This document shows, in pieces, positions 1-12,436 of a stretch of DNA of 64,000 bases. Under the pieces are notes generated by a model that did no database searches, had not been told where the DNA came from, and worked only from the letters and a program-made list of their open reading frames with translations. The DNA lies in contig JAHCIT010000001.1 of assembly GCA_026129095.1 (NCBI GenBank), forward strand, positions 248,245 to 312,244, written 5' to 3'. Source of the DNA: Deltaproteobacteria bacterium. GTDB lineage: Bacteria > JAGRBM01 > JAHCIT01. Each line of letters begins with the position of its first letter. Position 1 is the first letter of the stretch. Both the position numbers and the translations under genes were made by a program.

Positions 1-1
1 C

Positions 2-289
2 TTCAGGAGCCGGGGTGTGCTCCAGGCCCCGTTTTTCGTGCTGGTGCGGGCCAACATGCCGGCCCTGCTCATCGAACTGGGATTTCTGACCAACGAGACG
101 GATGCCACTTCGTTCCGGAATGAGGCTTACCTCAAGCGGCTTGGCCGTGGAATCTGCCGGGGGATTCTCGACTACGGAAGCGAATGGCCCCGTAAGCTGG
201 ATCTGGGCCCCCGCAAGCGGATGACCGGCGACCGGAAGGAACCGAAGGGCGGGACAGCTTCACCGGGTAAGGAGCGGAAACCGGTGTAA
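2..289 (+). CDS. N-acetylmuramoyl-L-alanine amidase, C-terminal part (5' truncated by window)
   Basis: QAPFFVL...MPALLIELGFLTN is the Amidase_3 C-terminal motif. Confidence 0.85.
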   Translation, partial: FRSRGVLQAPFFVLVRANMPALLIELGFLTNETDATSFRNEAYLKRLGRGICRGILDYGSEWPRKLDLGPRKRMTGDRKEPKGGTASPGKERKPV

Positions 290-459
290 CTGAGGCCGTT
301 CTCCTCCTCACCAAAAGTTTCCTATAATTTGCAGCATTAAGCATTCGCGCCGGACTTAGGCTCCGTTTCGCCGCACCGGATCTCCGTCAGAATCCGGAAC
401 CCTTCTGACTTGCCGCCTTCGACCACGTCTCCTATGCCTAGGTAGCCTGAGGAGGCTCC

Positions 460-1413
460 ATGAACCTCGACCGGATGCTGGACAAATGCCAAAAAGGCCA
501 ATGGAACGTCAACGATTTTGACTGGACGCAGAAGCCTGCATCGCTGTCAAGATTTGACGAGATGGAAGCCTGTCAGGCGTTCACCAATCTCATCTATATC
601 GAACGGATCGCAGCTGCAGCGTTCCTTGAGTTCGCCAAGCAGGCAGCCGACCCCACGGAGAAGGCGATCTTCGGGACGTTTTATGACGATGAAATCCGCC
701 ATGCCGAAGCCATGTGGCATCTCGCCAAGTATTTCGACGTTCACCAGTACCGCATCTACACGCCTGACCCGAACCTCGTGAAGTTTGTCCGCGCCATGAG
801 CGAAATGATCAATGGCATCTCGCCAGAATTCGCCTCGGCAATGGTCACGGCCGGCGAACTGGTGCTGGACGTGGCCCTGCTCCGCTCGGTGAATGACTAT
901 ATCGAAGATCCGCTTTCCCGTGCTGTCATCGAAAAGGTGAACCAGGACGAATCCCGCCACATCGCGATGGACTTCTACCTGTGCGAGAAATACGGCCAAG
1001 AGGCGGGCGAGCCGCCGTCCCTGAAGGATTTTTTCGATACGATGAGCAACCCGACCCTCGTTTCCGGCATGTACTGGGCCACCGTGGCGCTTTCGGAAAT
1101 GTTCGGCCGGATTCAGGCAATCATGGACCCGGCAGGGACGCGCTTTATCGAAGCTCAGCGGCGGTTCGCCATGCTGGGCGAGAAGAATCCCAAGATCGCC
1201 GCCAACCGGAACTATGCGGCGGTCCTCAGGATCAACACCGTTTCACAGGATTTCTTCGGAGGCCTCCGGCGGATCATGCAGCTGCTACGCGTCGGCCTGT
1301 TCCGCGAGATGAAGGAAGCCGAAAAACGTGGAGAAAAGCGCAAGGCTCCCAGGCAATCCGCAGGACATGATCCGGTGAAAACCGCCGTCGATCTCCTGGA
1401 AGAGATGAACTGA
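460..1413 (+). CDS. Ferritin-like diiron protein
   Basis: Two DExRH motifs (DEIRH, DESRH) each preceded by a Glu-bearing helix; SD GAGGAGG upstream. Confidence 0.75.
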   Translation: MNLDRMLDKCQKGQWNVNDFDWTQKPASLSRFDEMEACQAFTNLIYIERIAAAAFLEFAKQAADPTEKAIFGTFYDDEIRHAEAMWHLAKYFDVHQYRIYTPDPNLVKFVRAMSEMINGISPEFASAMVTAGELVLDVALLRSVNDYIEDPLSRAVIEKVNQDESRHIAMDFYLCEKYGQEAGEPPSLKDFFDTMSNPTLVSGMYWATVALSEMFGRIQAIMDPAGTRFIEAQRRFAMLGEKNPKIAANRNYAAVLRINTVSQDFFGGLRRIMQLLRVGLFREMKEAEKRGEKRKAPRQSAGHDPVKTAVDLLEEMN

Positions 1414-1465
1414 TGTCTCCCTGGCCCCGGTAGCCCCAGCCGGGGGTTTCAGCTAGAAGCCACAC

Positions 1466-1861
1466 ATGATTAACCGAGATCCGATCAAACTTTCTGCCGA
1501 AGGCCCTGCCAGTGCCACCCGGCTGCATGAAATACTGAATGACCCCGGCCGTCTGCCGGAGTGGTCTTCGCTGGCGGCAAAGGTGAACTCCGTCACCGGC
1601 GACACGGTGGAGGCCGAAGCTCCCGGCGGCTCACGGACGATCTCATATGAATACGAGCCGGCCCGCAGCCATCTCGTCATTCGGACCAAGCGGGATACCT
1701 TTCCCCAGCAGTTCAGCTTCGAGTTCCGTGACCAGAGCGGCAAGGTACGAATCGATGCCGAAATCTTCCCCGGCGGCGAAATCACCGACGATGCCCGCGC
1801 TGAACTCCGTAAATCAGTCGAGGCCGACCTCGCCCGCCTGATCCAGAAAGCCAGGGGCTGA
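1466..1861 (+). CDS. SRPBCC/START-fold-like protein
   Basis: LNDPGRLPEW near the N-terminus and terminal helix ADLARL; size typical. Confidence 0.55.
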   Translation: MINRDPIKLSAEGPASATRLHEILNDPGRLPEWSSLAAKVNSVTGDTVEAEAPGGSRTISYEYEPARSHLVIRTKRDTFPQQFSFEFRDQSGKVRIDAEIFPGGEITDDARAELRKSVEADLARLIQKARG

Positions 1862-1874
1862 CACCCCTCGTTCC

Positions 1875-2363
1875 ATGAACGGATGGCCCCGGTCCCGGCG
1901 TTTCGCCGTGGTTATGGCTGCCGCCGCCGTGGGCGCGTCCGGACTGTATTCATTCGTCATCACACCGGCCATGTTCGCCAGGGTCCCGAACCCCGCCAGA
2001 GGGGAGATGCTGGCGGCGGTGTTTCCGTACTATTTCCTCGTGATGGCCATGCTGTCACTAGCCGTCATGATGTCCGTCGCTATCTGGCAGAAGGCCGGAA
2101 CCGCCATCCGGATCTGCGCCGGCATTGCGTCAGTCCTGGCTCTTTTCAACTGGCTTTATGCCGGGCCGGTACTCCGGGCACTTGGCGAGGAAATCCGTTC
2201 AGGGAATCTCACCGACCCGGGCCACCCTGTCCGCCAGGCATTTGGCCGCTGGCATGGAATCTCCCAATCCGGAAACCTGACGATGATTCTCTGCTTTATC
2301 ATCGTGTCGATACTGGCGTTCAGGGAGCGGCCCCCGGCCCCTGTTCAGGCCGAAGACCAGTAG
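1875..2363 (+). CDS. DUF4149/TMEM205-like membrane protein
   Basis: Four hydrophobic segments; VFPYYF and AFGRWHGIS motifs. Confidence 0.75.
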   Translation: MNGWPRSRRFAVVMAAAAVGASGLYSFVITPAMFARVPNPARGEMLAAVFPYYFLVMAMLSLAVMMSVAIWQKAGTAIRICAGIASVLALFNWLYAGPVLRALGEEIRSGNLTDPGHPVRQAFGRWHGISQSGNLTMILCFIIVSILAFRERPPAPVQAEDQ

Positions 2364-2859
2364 CTTCTGCCGCTTTCTCAGGAAGCGACTCCAGATAGTG
2401 AACGCCCTTCCGGATGCGCTCCAGCGTGGCTTCAGCGCCAGCTATCTCGCTGCCCGTCCGGTTCCCCGTGCGACGGGCTTCGGCGAGTGCATCTTCAGTC
2501 TCTTGGGCCATTTCCCGGTACCGGTGCAGAAGGCGCCGCCGCTCCTGTTCGTACCGTTCCTTCATCCCCGGAACGGTGGATGACTGCACTTCCCTCATGG
2601 CCATAGCCACTTGATCCGGTCCGACCTCGCCGCCACCCCAAGCCGACCAGATCAGCCGGGTCTCGGGGTGCTTCCAGGGCGCATAATCCTCGACCACCTG
2701 ACGGCTCCACTCGGGCCGGGCATCGCCCATCCACCAGTAAAACCCGAAAGCCGCGCCTAGAATAAACAGGCAGACAATCGTGATCCAGAACCGGATCCGG
2801 AAGAACCAGTCCTTCAGGGCCGTCCAGAACGGACGTTTTTTCCGCAAGCTGCCAGCCAT
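2320..2859 (-). CDS. Hypothetical protein with N-terminal TM anchor and coiled coil
   Basis: Basic N-terminus, one TM helix, helical C-terminus. Confidence 0.6.
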   Translation of the reverse strand: MAGSLRKKRPFWTALKDWFFRIRFWITIVCLFILGAAFGFYWWMGDARPEWSRQVVEDYAPWKHPETRLIWSAWGGGEVGPDQVAMAMREVQSSTVPGMKERYEQERRRLLHRYREMAQETEDALAEARRTGNRTGSEIAGAEATLERIRKGVHYLESLPEKAAEATGLRPEQGPGAAP

Positions 2860-2912
2860 GACGAAGAAGCGTAACAGGCAAGGGCGCTATGGTGGCAAGC
2901 CCTGCCAGACGA

Positions 2913-4010
2913 TCAGGCAGCGGCCCTAGAGACTGGCTTTACCGGCACGAGTCCGTTCTCCCAGAAACCCGGTACAGGCTCACGGCATCCCGGGCATTCG
3001 CCTCCCCTGCCAAGACGGTTTTCCAGAACCCGAAACCCGGTCCGCCGGATGACTGTTTCGCCACACCGGTGACAACGGGTGTCTTCCCAGTTGCCGACCT
3101 GCCCGGGCAGATTGCCGGGATAGATGAACCTGAGGCCCGCCTTGACCGCAATCTCCGCCGCCCGGACAAGGTGCCGGGGACCGGTGCGGACGTGGTCCTG
3201 CATGTGGTAGTCCGGGTGATAGGCCGTCACATGCCAGGGAATCAGCGGTGAAACCGACGCGATGAACTCCGTCAGACCGGTGAGTTCCTCGTCGGAATCG
3301 TTCCAGCCGGGGACGAGTAGCGTGACGATTTCGACCCAGAACCCCCGGTCAACCAGACTGGAAATCGTCTCCAGCACATGGTCCAGCCGGCCGCCCAGTT
3401 CACGGTAGTTCTTCTGCGAAAAGGCCTTGAGGTCTACCTTGTAGATATCGCAGTGGGGCTTCAGGAAATCGAGGACTTCCGGCGTCGCATTCCCGTTGGA
3501 AACGAACCCCGTGGCGAGCCCACGCGCACGGGCCGCCTTGAATACATCAACCGCCCACTCGGCAGTGATCAGCGGTTCGTTGTAGGTGGAAACCACGACG
3601 CGGGAACCGGCCCTGATGGCGATATCGGCAATTTCATCCGGCGTTACCTCCTCGGGTTCCACTCCTGCCACCGGATCGCGAAGCGCCTGCGAAGTCACCC
3701 AGTTCTGGCAGTAAGCGCACTTGAAGTCGCACCCGAGCATTCCGAAGGAGAGTGCTTTAACGCCCGGAAACGCGTGAAAATACGGCTTCTTCTCTATAGG
3801 GTCATTCTGGATGCCTGCCGCATAACCCCACGGAACATGGAGCTTTCCGCCCTCCATCCAACGGACCTTGCAGACGCCGCGCATGCCGTCCTTCAGGATG
3901 CACCGGTGCCCGCAGGCAACGCACCGGAGGCGCCCGTTCGATTCCGGCAGCGCCAGCGGGGTTTCCGTAGTGGACAACCGGTGTAGGTGTTGCTCCAGCG
4001 ATTCACTCAT
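2913..4010 (-). CDS. amrS: AmmeMemoRadiSam system radical SAM enzyme
   Basis: CxxCxHxC N-terminus, DPIEKKP, CDFKCAYCQNW (CX3CX2C), C-terminal CxxC pairs. Confidence 0.9.
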   Translation of the reverse strand: MSESLEQHLHRLSTTETPLALPESNGRLRCVACGHRCILKDGMRGVCKVRWMEGGKLHVPWGYAAGIQNDPIEKKPYFHAFPGVKALSFGMLGCDFKCAYCQNWVTSQALRDPVAGVEPEEVTPDEIADIAIRAGSRVVVSTYNEPLITAEWAVDVFKAARARGLATGFVSNGNATPEVLDFLKPHCDIYKVDLKAFSQKNYRELGGRLDHVLETISSLVDRGFWVEIVTLLVPGWNDSDEELTGLTEFIASVSPLIPWHVTAYHPDYHMQDHVRTGPRHLVRAAEIAVKAGLRFIYPGNLPGQVGNWEDTRCHRCGETVIRRTGFRVLENRLGRGGECPGCREPVPGFWENGLVPVKPVSRAAA

Positions 4011-4157
4011 AGCCGGTGATTAGAGTAGCCACGAATGGCTGGGGGGAAAGAGAAAAGAAAACCATGGGGTGGCCCCGAGGGGTTTGCGAACCGTCTTTCC
4101 CCTTGTCCCTGCTTCGGGAGAAAGCCCTGAAACTATTGGCTTTTCAGCCGGATGGAG

Positions 4158-4187
4158 AAAAAAACGGGCGGCCAGCAGGCCGCCCGT
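4158..4187 (-). terminator. Intrinsic terminator of the lipoprotein operon
   Basis: Minus strand ACGGGCGGCC-TGCT-GGCCGCCCGT followed by a T run, just after the stop at 4211. Confidence 0.8.
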
Positions 4188-4203
4188 CTCATTATCAGGC
4201 TGG
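4166..4203. repeat. 38-bp direct repeat, copy 1
   Basis: GGGCGGCCAGCAGGCCGCCCGTCTCATTATCAGGCTGG; 34/38 identical to 7198..7235. Confidence 0.9.
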
Positions 4204-4210
4204 ACGAGGA

Positions 4211-5122
4211 TCAATCGTCTTCGCCATCGTCGTGGTCATCACCGAATTCGCCGGAGGCCTCAACCGCATCCTTGATCGAGTCAAGGATATCGCACTCATC
4301 CGTCGAATCGTTGATCGTGACATGGCCGGTTTCGTCAGCCACCAGATCACCATCAATGATGCATTCACCAACGCCAACGCTGGCGAACCAGGCGTTCACG
4401 TCGAGTTCCACGATCAGGTTGTTCAGTGTCGCGGCATCAATGGCTGCTCCATCCACGTTCTCAAACTCGACCTCCTCGTCGAAGTCCAGGGCGAGATCGA
4501 ACGTGTAGTCGGTGGAGTCATAGTTGAACGATCCGGCCGCCACCAGCGTGTTGCCGAGAATCGGGTCTTCCGTATCTACGAGTTCCTCCTCGTCGTCCTC
4601 GTCCACCGAGTCGAACTTGATCTTGATCTTGTTATAGACGAGCGGCGGGAGCAGCAGATCAGCCAGAGACGGTGTCGAGGTTCCGGTCATGAGATCAACG
4701 ACGTAGGGGCCGGTCACGCGGACCCGTGGGCCATCATCGTCATCCTCTTCCGATTCCTTGCATGTGACGTTTTCCGGCAGGGTAACAGCCCCAAGGTCGG
4801 CACAGGTAGTGCCCTCCGGGAGCTCGATATCAATGGTACGGATCGAGACAGAAGCGGAGTTCACATAGAACACGGTTCCGTCACTGCCATGACCTTCGTA
4901 ATCGACCTCGCCGTCGCCGTCATCGTCGTCTGCCTCGTCACCGTCGCTCTGGACGGTAATGGCATTGGTCGTGGCGGCCGCCGGTGCCGATGCGGACGAG
5001 GTCGCACGGATGATGATTCCGCCGCCGATCCCGCTGGCATCGGCTCCGCCGCCGGTGCTTCCACAGGCAGCGAGTGAGAGTGCGGCCAGAAGGGCCAGTG
5101 ATGTCTGTATCGTGGTTTTCAT
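4211..5122 (-). CDS. Very acidic lipoprotein (DUF4382-like)
   Basis: Lipobox LAAC, SD AAGGAG, Asp/Glu-rich, paralogous to 5219..6106. Confidence 0.75.
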   Translation of the reverse strand: MKTTIQTSLALLAALSLAACGSTGGGADASGIGGGIIIRATSSASAPAAATTNAITVQSDGDEADDDDGDGEVDYEGHGSDGTVFYVNSASVSIRTIDIELPEGTTCADLGAVTLPENVTCKESEEDDDDGPRVRVTGPYVVDLMTGTSTPSLADLLLPPLVYNKIKIKFDSVDEDDEEELVDTEDPILGNTLVAAGSFNYDSTDYTFDLALDFDEEVEFENVDGAAIDAATLNNLIVELDVNAWFASVGVGECIIDGDLVADETGHVTINDSTDECDILDSIKDAVEASGEFGDDHDDGEDD

Positions 5123-5218
5123 GAATATCTCCTTCAAAAGATGTCTTTTGAATGTGTCTAGGGGTTGTGGTTTCGGGTTTATTGCGCGCGTTCCGGAACA
5201 GGGACAGGGACTATCAGC

Positions 5219-6106
5219 TCAGTCATCGTCATCCTCGATCTCTTCGTGATCGAGGTCGCCGGACTGTTCGATATTGTCTTTAAGGGCTTCTTCCACGTCC
5301 TCGCAGTCGCCTTCCAGGTCGGCCGCGAAGTTGATTGGCTCTACAACTGGATCCAGTTCCTCAATGCAGTCACCGATCGGCAGGTCTGTGAACCACCTGT
5401 TCACATCCAGGTTAAGGATGATCCGGTCCAGGGCACCGTCAGTAATACTGATGCCCGCCGGGTTCTCGAACTCCGGTTCGACGTCGAAGTCGAAAGGCAT
5501 GAGGTAGGAATAGACCGGGTCGTCAGTGGTTTCGGGAGTTTCGTTTGGAATCCGGATCGTACCGGCCGCATAAAGGGTGTGTCCTACAAGAGGGTGATCC
5601 GGCGGCAGATTGAGTCCGGAGGACTCCCCGAACCGGATCTTCACCTTCTTGTAGGTACCGGGCGGGACGGTAAGCTCGCCGCTCTCGGGAATCGAGGCGC
5701 CAAGGATCAGATCCACCATGAACGGTCCTTCGATGAGTATCCGGTCGTCTTCACAGGATACCGGGGACAGGAATTCGTAGTTTCCGAACATCTCGCAACC
5801 GGTGCCATCAGGAAGCTCGATCTCGATGAACTCCACATTTGCATAGCCCTCATTGACCGTGAGGATCGCACCACTGCCGTCTTCCCCCTCGGGGCCGTCG
5901 TCATCATCGTCACTGCTGTAGATATCGGCTGAGGCGGCGCTGGCCGCCACAATCGGCGTACCGGCCGGACCTGAAGAAACGGCCTGGACGGTGATCGTGG
6001 CGCCATTGCCGGTCTTCACGCCACCGGTCTCTCCGGCGCATCCGGTATCGCCGGAAGCAACGGCAAGGACTGCGGCCATCGTGATGAACAGTCGGAAGGA
6101 TCTCAT
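5219..6106 (-). CDS. Acidic exported protein/probable lipoprotein, paralog of 4211..5122
   Basis: Signal peptide ending near GC; shared IELP.GT.C, GP..VDL..G.S.P, G.TL.AAG and LDVN.WF motifs. Confidence 0.7.
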   Translation of the reverse strand: MRSFRLFITMAAVLAVASGDTGCAGETGGVKTGNGATITVQAVSSGPAGTPIVAASAASADIYSSDDDDDGPEGEDGSGAILTVNEGYANVEFIEIELPDGTGCEMFGNYEFLSPVSCEDDRILIEGPFMVDLILGASIPESGELTVPPGTYKKVKIRFGESSGLNLPPDHPLVGHTLYAAGTIRIPNETPETTDDPVYSYLMPFDFDVEPEFENPAGISITDGALDRIILNLDVNRWFTDLPIGDCIEELDPVVEPINFAADLEGDCEDVEEALKDNIEQSGDLDHEEIEDDDD

Positions 6107-6972
6107 TTCTTGCTCCTCTGCTGGCGGGTCACAGGCACTGCCTGAAACCCGATGAAATAAACGTCCCGCGGTTCGCTGGAATCAGCGGGAGGCACGAGCT
6201 GGCTGAGGATTTCGTCCTGGAAAGCCGAAATCCGCCGACCGAGTTCTTCGTACTGGCTGCGCGTCAGGTTCACGGTCACCGACGTCACATACCGCTCCTC
6301 CTGTGGAAGCCCGTCCAGGCTGGCCAGAGCGTTTTCCAGCATCCGCCGGTGGTAGTTGCGGACCGCGAGGGATGACACCGAGGACGGAGTCTCAAGCGTG
6401 TTGTGGGCAGCTTTCAGGACACCGTTTCCCTCCCGGACGAGCAAGCCGGTATCGAGGAGAATGCGAAGGGCCCGCTCGATGTCGTACGGTTTCACCGGCG
6501 GGTGCAGCCGCCGGGCGATCCACGCCGGGTCTTCCTGGAAATCCGGATGGCGGACCATCTCCCGGACCGGGAGTGCCCACCAGAGCGAGTAGGCCTCGTA
6601 GTGGGCCTTCTCCATTTGCTTGCGCCCGTCGGTGTGCTTCCGGTACCGGCGCAGGCGCCCGTAGTAGTAGTTGCGTTCCTCATCTGTCTTCGCCTGGGAG
6701 AGCATCACGAGGGCCCCGAAATCCGCCTTTTCCTTTGCGTCGAGTCCCAGGCCCTTTGCGAACTTCTCGATGGAATCGGTAGCGAGATTGCGGTCGCCGT
6801 CCAGAACATGCTTGAGCAGACTCGGCGTATTGAACCCGGCCCGCCGGGCAAACCAGCGGTAGGAAAAGCCGCGCTGATTGGCCTTGAGATAGCTGACCAT
6901 GGCCTTCAGGAATTCGCGGTAGTTCTCGAAATCCGCCGGCTGGGGTCGCTCTTGTGTTGTTCTCGCTTCCAC
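6103..6972 (-). CDS. TIGR02147 family protein (N-terminal HTH + DUF4423)
   Basis: YREFL...FSYRWFARRAGF..PS.L..V..G.RNL N-terminus; VRNYHRRMLE.A C-terminal motif. Confidence 0.85.
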   Translation of the reverse strand: MEARTTQERPQPADFENYREFLKAMVSYLKANQRGFSYRWFARRAGFNTPSLLKHVLDGDRNLATDSIEKFAKGLGLDAKEKADFGALVMLSQAKTDEERNYYYGRLRRYRKHTDGRKQMEKAHYEAYSLWWALPVREMVRHPDFQEDPAWIARRLHPPVKPYDIERALRILLDTGLLVREGNGVLKAAHNTLETPSSVSSLAVRNYHRRMLENALASLDGLPQEERYVTSVTVNLTRSQYEELGRRISAFQDEILSQLVPPADSSEPRDVYFIGFQAVPVTRQQRSKK

Positions 6973-6986
6973 GAAAGCATGATGAC

Positions 6987-7053
6987 CACTTATTTTTAAA
7001 AATAAAGTGATTTTGATAAGTTATATCTAGTAATCGTTCTCAAATACGAGAAC
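6987..7053. promoter_or_regulatory. AT-rich upstream region with two inverted repeats
   Basis: Palindrome TATTTTTAAAAATA (6991-7004) and GTTCTC-N6-GAGAAC (7036-7053). Confidence 0.45.
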
Positions 7054-7197
7054 ACATGATGTGAAATGGTACACGGAATCAGCTGGGCTCGACACTGTAG
7101 GCAATGTGGATAGAAATGGATTCCCCAGTCACCAGAGGGAGTTAGCCACAAGTGGTAACGATAGCGGAGCTGGTGAGGTTTGGATTGGAACGGATCA

Positions 7198-7235
7198 GGG
7201 CGGCCAGCAGGCCGCCCATCCCGTTATCAGGCCGG
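7198..7235. repeat. 38-bp direct repeat, copy 2
   Basis: GGGCGGCCAGCAGGCCGCCCATCCCGTTATCAGGCCGG just downstream of the ppdK stop. Confidence 0.9.
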
Positions 7236-7243
7236 TGAACTGG

Positions 7244-10011
<2,768 letters not shown>

Positions 10012-10015
<4 letters not shown>

Positions 10016-11355
10016 GACAGTTTCTCGCCGAGGTAGTCGATGATCCCGCTGGCTGCGACGCGTTCCTGCTTCATCGTGTCGCGGTCGCGCACGGTGACGG
10101 TGCCGTCCTTCACCGAATCGGCGTCTACCGTGATGCCGAACGGCGTTCCGATCTCGTCCTGCCGGCGGTAACGCTTGCCGATCGAGCCGGAGAGATCATA
10201 GTCCACGTTCCACCGCTTCTTGAGGTCGCGGTACAGCCTGTCGGCCATCTCCGGCATGCCGTCCTTCTTCGTCAGCGGAAAGACGGCCGCCTTCACCGGC
10301 GCGATCCGGGGGTGGAACCGCATGACGATGCGGGTTTCGGGCTGGCCCTTCTCGTCCGGCGCGGTGTCCTCGGCGTAGGCGTCCACGAGGAACGCCAGCG
10401 TCCCGCGGTCGGCCCCGGCCGACGGCTCGATCACGTAGGGAACGAACCGCTCGCGGGACTGCGGGTCGGTGTATTCGAGCGACTTGCCCGAGAACTGCTG
10501 GTGCTGCCTGAGGTCGAAATCCGTCCGGTTGGCGATCCCCTCCAGTTCCGACCAGCCGAAGGGGAAAAGATACTCCACGTCCGAGCAGCCCCGCGCATAG
10601 TGCGCCAGTTCGTCCGCCTCATGGGCCCGCAGGCGCAGGTTTTCCTTCCGGATACCCAGGTTCACGTACCAGTTGAACCGGGCATCCTTCCAGTAGTTGT
10701 ACCACTCCTCGTCCGAGCCCGGCTTGCAGAAGAACTCGATCTCCATCTGCTCGAACTCGCGCACCCGGAAGGTGAACTGCTTGGGCGTGATCTCGTTCCG
10801 GAAGCTCTTGCCGATCTGCGCGATCCCGAACGGGATCTTCTGCCGCGAGGTCTCCAGCACGTTCTTGAAATTGACGAAGATCCCCTGCGCCGTCTCCGGC
10901 CGGAGGTAAACCTGCGCGGCGGTGTCCTCCATCGGGCCCACGAAGGTCTTGAACATCAGGTTGAACTTGCGCGCCTCGGTGAGCTGGCACTCATCGTGCT
11001 GGCCGGGGGCCTTGCTCGGCTTCTTCGGGCACTGGGATTCGGCCAGGTGATCCTCGCGGAACCGGCCCTTGCAGGTCTTGCAGTCCACCATCGGGTCGCT
11101 GAAGCCCGACACGTGCCCCGACGCCTCCCAGACGCGGGGGTGCATGAGGATCGAGCAGTCCACCCCGGCCATGTCGTCCCGCTCGGTGACGGTGCTCCGC
11201 CACCACTCGCGCTTGACGTTGTTCTTGAGCTCCACGCCCACGGGGCCGTAGTCCCAGCAGCCGTTCAGGCCGCCGTAGATCTCCGACGACTGGAACACGA
11301 ACCCCCGCCGCTTGGCGAGGGAGACGATCTTCTCCATGGTGACGGTCTGGGACAC
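10012..11355 (-). CDS. glyQS: Glycine--tRNA ligase (alpha2 type)
   Basis: KRRGFVFQSSEIYGG, LRPETAQGIF, FRNEITP, REFEQMEIE, IGKRYRRQDEIGTP. Confidence 0.97.
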
Positions 11356-11517
11356 TTTTTTGACGGTTCCTTGCTCGGTTTGGAGTCAGAAATGGCCCGC
11401 CTGCCGCTCACGGCCGGACGGGGACCGGTATCTGTCCCGAAGGGTGAGGCAAATCAAGGGGTTGGGGGAGGGCGGGAAGGGTGGCCGAAACCCATACGAA
11501 ATGGCAGATTTCGGGGG

Positions 11518-12324
11518 ATGCCCAAAGAGCGCCGCCACTGGACCCGTGAGGAGTTGATTCTTGCGTTCAACCTGTACTGCCGGATGTCGTTCGGGCGGCT
11601 GCACCGGGGGAATCCGGAGATCATCGCTCTTTCACAGCGGATTGGACGTACGCCCAGTTCCGTCGCCATGAAAGCCTGTAACTTTGCCAGTCTCGACCCC
11701 ATGCACCGGGAGAGGGGCGTCAAGGGGCTCACAGGGGCGAGTGAAATGGACCGGGCCATTTGGGCGGAGTTCCACCAGAATTGGGAAAAGTTGGCCTTCG
11801 AGAGCCAGCGGCAGCTTGCAGATTTGCCGCCAGCAGCGACGATGGCAGATCAAGAAGGCCTCTATTTCCCCAAGGGAGAAACCGAAAAAAGCGTCACGGT
11901 CCGAGTGCGGCTCGTTCAAGGATTTTTCCGCGAATCGGTGCTCTCCAGCTATCGGAACGAATGCGCGTTCTGCCGTATCCAGCCGGGCCAACTCCTGAAC
12001 GCCAGTCATATCGTTCCGTGGAAGGATAACGTCGAAAAGCGGGCCGACCCGACGAATGGCCTCGCCCTCTGTGCGCTCCATGACCGAGCCTTCGACCGGG
12101 GGCTGATGACCTTGGACGACGGGCTCAACATAGTGGTGGCGAAGGAGTTGAAGCAGGTGAAGAACCCCTCACCGGTCCACAAGGCGGCCCTAATCGACCT
12201 CGAAGGGGAACCGCTCCGAAAGCCCGAAAGGTTCGCACCCGATCCGGATGCCCTCGACTTCCACCGAAATAGCATCTTCGGGAAAATCTCCAACGACCCG
12301 GAAGATGAACTCATTGTTCAATAA
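11518..12324 (+). CDS. HNH endonuclease (putative restriction-type)
   Basis: Start moved to ATG 11518; CAFC...ASHIVPW...NGLALCALHDRAFDRG HNH motif. Confidence 0.85.
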   Translation: MPKERRHWTREELILAFNLYCRMSFGRLHRGNPEIIALSQRIGRTPSSVAMKACNFASLDPMHRERGVKGLTGASEMDRAIWAEFHQNWEKLAFESQRQLADLPPAATMADQEGLYFPKGETEKSVTVRVRLVQGFFRESVLSSYRNECAFCRIQPGQLLNASHIVPWKDNVEKRADPTNGLALCALHDRAFDRGLMTLDDGLNIVVAKELKQVKNPSPVHKAALIDLEGEPLRKPERFAPDPDALDFHRNSIFGKISNDPEDELIVQ

Positions 12325-12436
12325 ATCCTGCGCCGTCCTGGCCAAGCTCCCCCTTCAGATCAAGCTCGGTTGAAACCGCAGCGCTAGACACCGGTTTACG
12401 GCCTAGCCAGGTACGACTGCAGGGGAAGCTTTCACC

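Noticed and set aside
376-409. Overlapping short inverted repeats upstream of the ferritin-like gene
   Set aside because: Stems of 6-7 bp; no riboswitch consensus; plausible by chance
2913-4010. amrS without amrA/amrB
   Set aside because: The partners are often encoded elsewhere; not informative in one window
10312-11517. Long N-terminal extension of the HNH ORF (670 aa in the track)
   Set aside because: Antisense to glyQS; the real protein begins at ATG 11518
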